A stretch of DNA of 51,139 nt from Octopus bimaculoides. Its lineage: Eukaryota. The notes below the pieces were generated by a model. It was not told the DNA's origin and did no database searches. It was given only the letters and a program-made list of their open reading frames with translations. The stretch is taken from positions 51,006,078 to 51,057,216 of the forward strand of contig NC_068990.1 in NCBI RefSeq assembly GCF_001194135.2. The letters are read 5' to 3'. Position numbers and translations under genes: made by a program. Of the stretch, positions 49,600 to 51,139 are shown one piece after another (positions within the stretch are counted from its first letter, which is position 1; every line of letters starts with the position of its first letter).

Positions 49600-50620
49600 A
49601 CATCAGATAATTTACGAGACCTTGAGAATACAACATATAGCTGACTATGACTGAATAAAGGTTCAGGCAAGAACAGCCCCACTTTATATCAAATGTCTGC
49701 CCTTGTGACATTTTGACAGTCATTGCATACGACAGGCGAACCGGAAACTTGTTTCTTTCTAAAGTGAATGGCAAGTTTCGGTCGCTTGGTGCTAGCTTTA
49801 TTCTGGGAATGAGCACACGTTTACCGATTAGTGTGCCACTTACCATTGAGTCTTCCAGTCTTGTTCCGTTACACAAACCGTTTTGAATTGAAATATTTCT
49901 CAGAAGTATTATTACAGAGTCAGATTTCAAATGCAATTTATGAGGACGCATTCCAGGTGGTGTCAATGAATTCAGAAATTCAAGTGGATATCGCTCAGCT
50001 TCAGCAGGGTCATCTGTTAAGACCTTATCCATCCTGTAATAAGTTCTCTGGTCACCTGGGAGTTTACTCATAACCTCTTCGTTTATCATTAAGCAATCTG
50101 AGTTCTTTGGTGAGAGGATGACTCTACTTCTCTGTTCTTGAGAGGCATTGCCAAAAACATCATTTACTGGTAATCCATCAAAGCATGAATCATGAGGCGC
50201 TTCTATATCATCACCTAACTGATTTGGATCTCGCACAAAGGCTGTGGTGCCATTGCCAAGGTGCAGTAGCCATGTTGAAAATTCTCTTTCATCTGCTGTT
50301 ACTCTAATATTTTGGCTCAACCTATATTACCTGAAGTGTAACCAGAGAGGAGAGTTTTTAATGCAGACCACAATTACTGCCTCACGGTTTCCTCACAACT
50401 TTTCTACCAAAAACTTATTTGCTGCCAGTGATGTCTTTCAGAGCTTTGTCAATAGCATGAAGAGCATATAGAGGGATCATGAAAGCCTCATCTATAATAA
50501 TTAAATCCATATTGCTCAAATAATTTGCGTGGTCAGAGGTGGCTGCAAAGAATTTACGAGAGATATTAGAAACTACTGAATATGAGAATGGAGCATTATA
50601 CCATATAATATATGCTGATC
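49600..50620 (-). mobile_element. Helitron RepHel PIF1-like helicase fragment, decayed
   Basis: LIIIDEAFM, FSTWLLHLGNG, ILSPKN, YPLEFLNSLTPPGMRPHKLHLK, LLRN...GLCNGTRL, FPVRLSYAMTVKMSQGQTF. Confidence 0.92.
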
Positions 50621-50759
50621 TATTCATTTTATTATCACTATAAACTTTTTGTCAGTATTACCTTTATCAAAATTCAGTTTTTTCCTATTGTAATTTTTAT
50701 TCTTAAATTTGTTATTATTATTATAGTCTCCACAGCAGTTAAATAAGCTAACAAGAATT

Positions 50760-50871
50760 AACATATTATTATTATTATTATTATTATCATCATTATTATT
50801 ATTATTATTATTATTGCCTTTGCACAGTTCTAACGTTGGAGATATACTACGGCGCCAGTTGTTCACTACAA

Positions 50872-50950
<79 letters not shown>
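50760..50950. repeat. Two (ATT)n microsatellites
   Basis: Read directly from the sequence. Confidence 0.95.
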
Positions 50951-51139
50951 TTATGTTTGACTTTTGTTTTGCATTTGTACAAGTTGGATCCAAGTCTCAC
51001 CCAGAGACCTCAAGAGACAACAAGTTAGAAGTTCATGTAGGTGTTATGCCTAGGGTACCATATATTTGTATTTGTACAGTTTTGTTCAAGTGAATGTTTA
51101 AGAAACCATAAGAAAATTATGTGTTTGCTTTAAAATTTG

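Overview
Gappy, microsatellite-rich eukaryotic genomic DNA, most likely from an Octopus species (inferred from the gene and the repeat families). One host gene is recognisable: a vasopressin/oxytocin-family GPCR, cephalotocin receptor 1 (CTR1), on the minus strand. Its large coding exon (ATG at 36854, donor after 35873) encodes TM1-TM6. Candidate 5' exons lie at 37244-37386 and from 38594. I could not find the TM7 (NPWIY) exon, so 1-35872 is probably one intron of more than 35 kb. Almost everything else is decayed transposable elements: Tx1/L1-like, R4/Dong-like, RTE, CR1-like and several Penelope-like retroelements, tRNA-derived SINEs, Tc1/mariner ends, a pogo/Tigger-type MITE, a TTAA-flanked Kolobok-like MITE and a Helitron helicase fragment. 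The most interesting non-coding signals are: a tRNA-like-headed short element with a degenerate hammerhead ribozyme, sitting inside a Penelope RT (23709-23990); a 1.3-kb Penelope fold-back in the CTR1 intron (18905-20225); an HDV-like ribozyme fold in a repeat found twice (43280-43334, 25073-25127); a 30-bp-period array of palindromes (34997-35076); a perfect 70-bp inverted duplication inside an old CR1 (46526-46875); and a cluster of Dong-like elements on (TAA)n tracts. All family assignments come from motif recognition by eye; no searches were run. Element boundaries are approximate unless a terminal motif is quoted.
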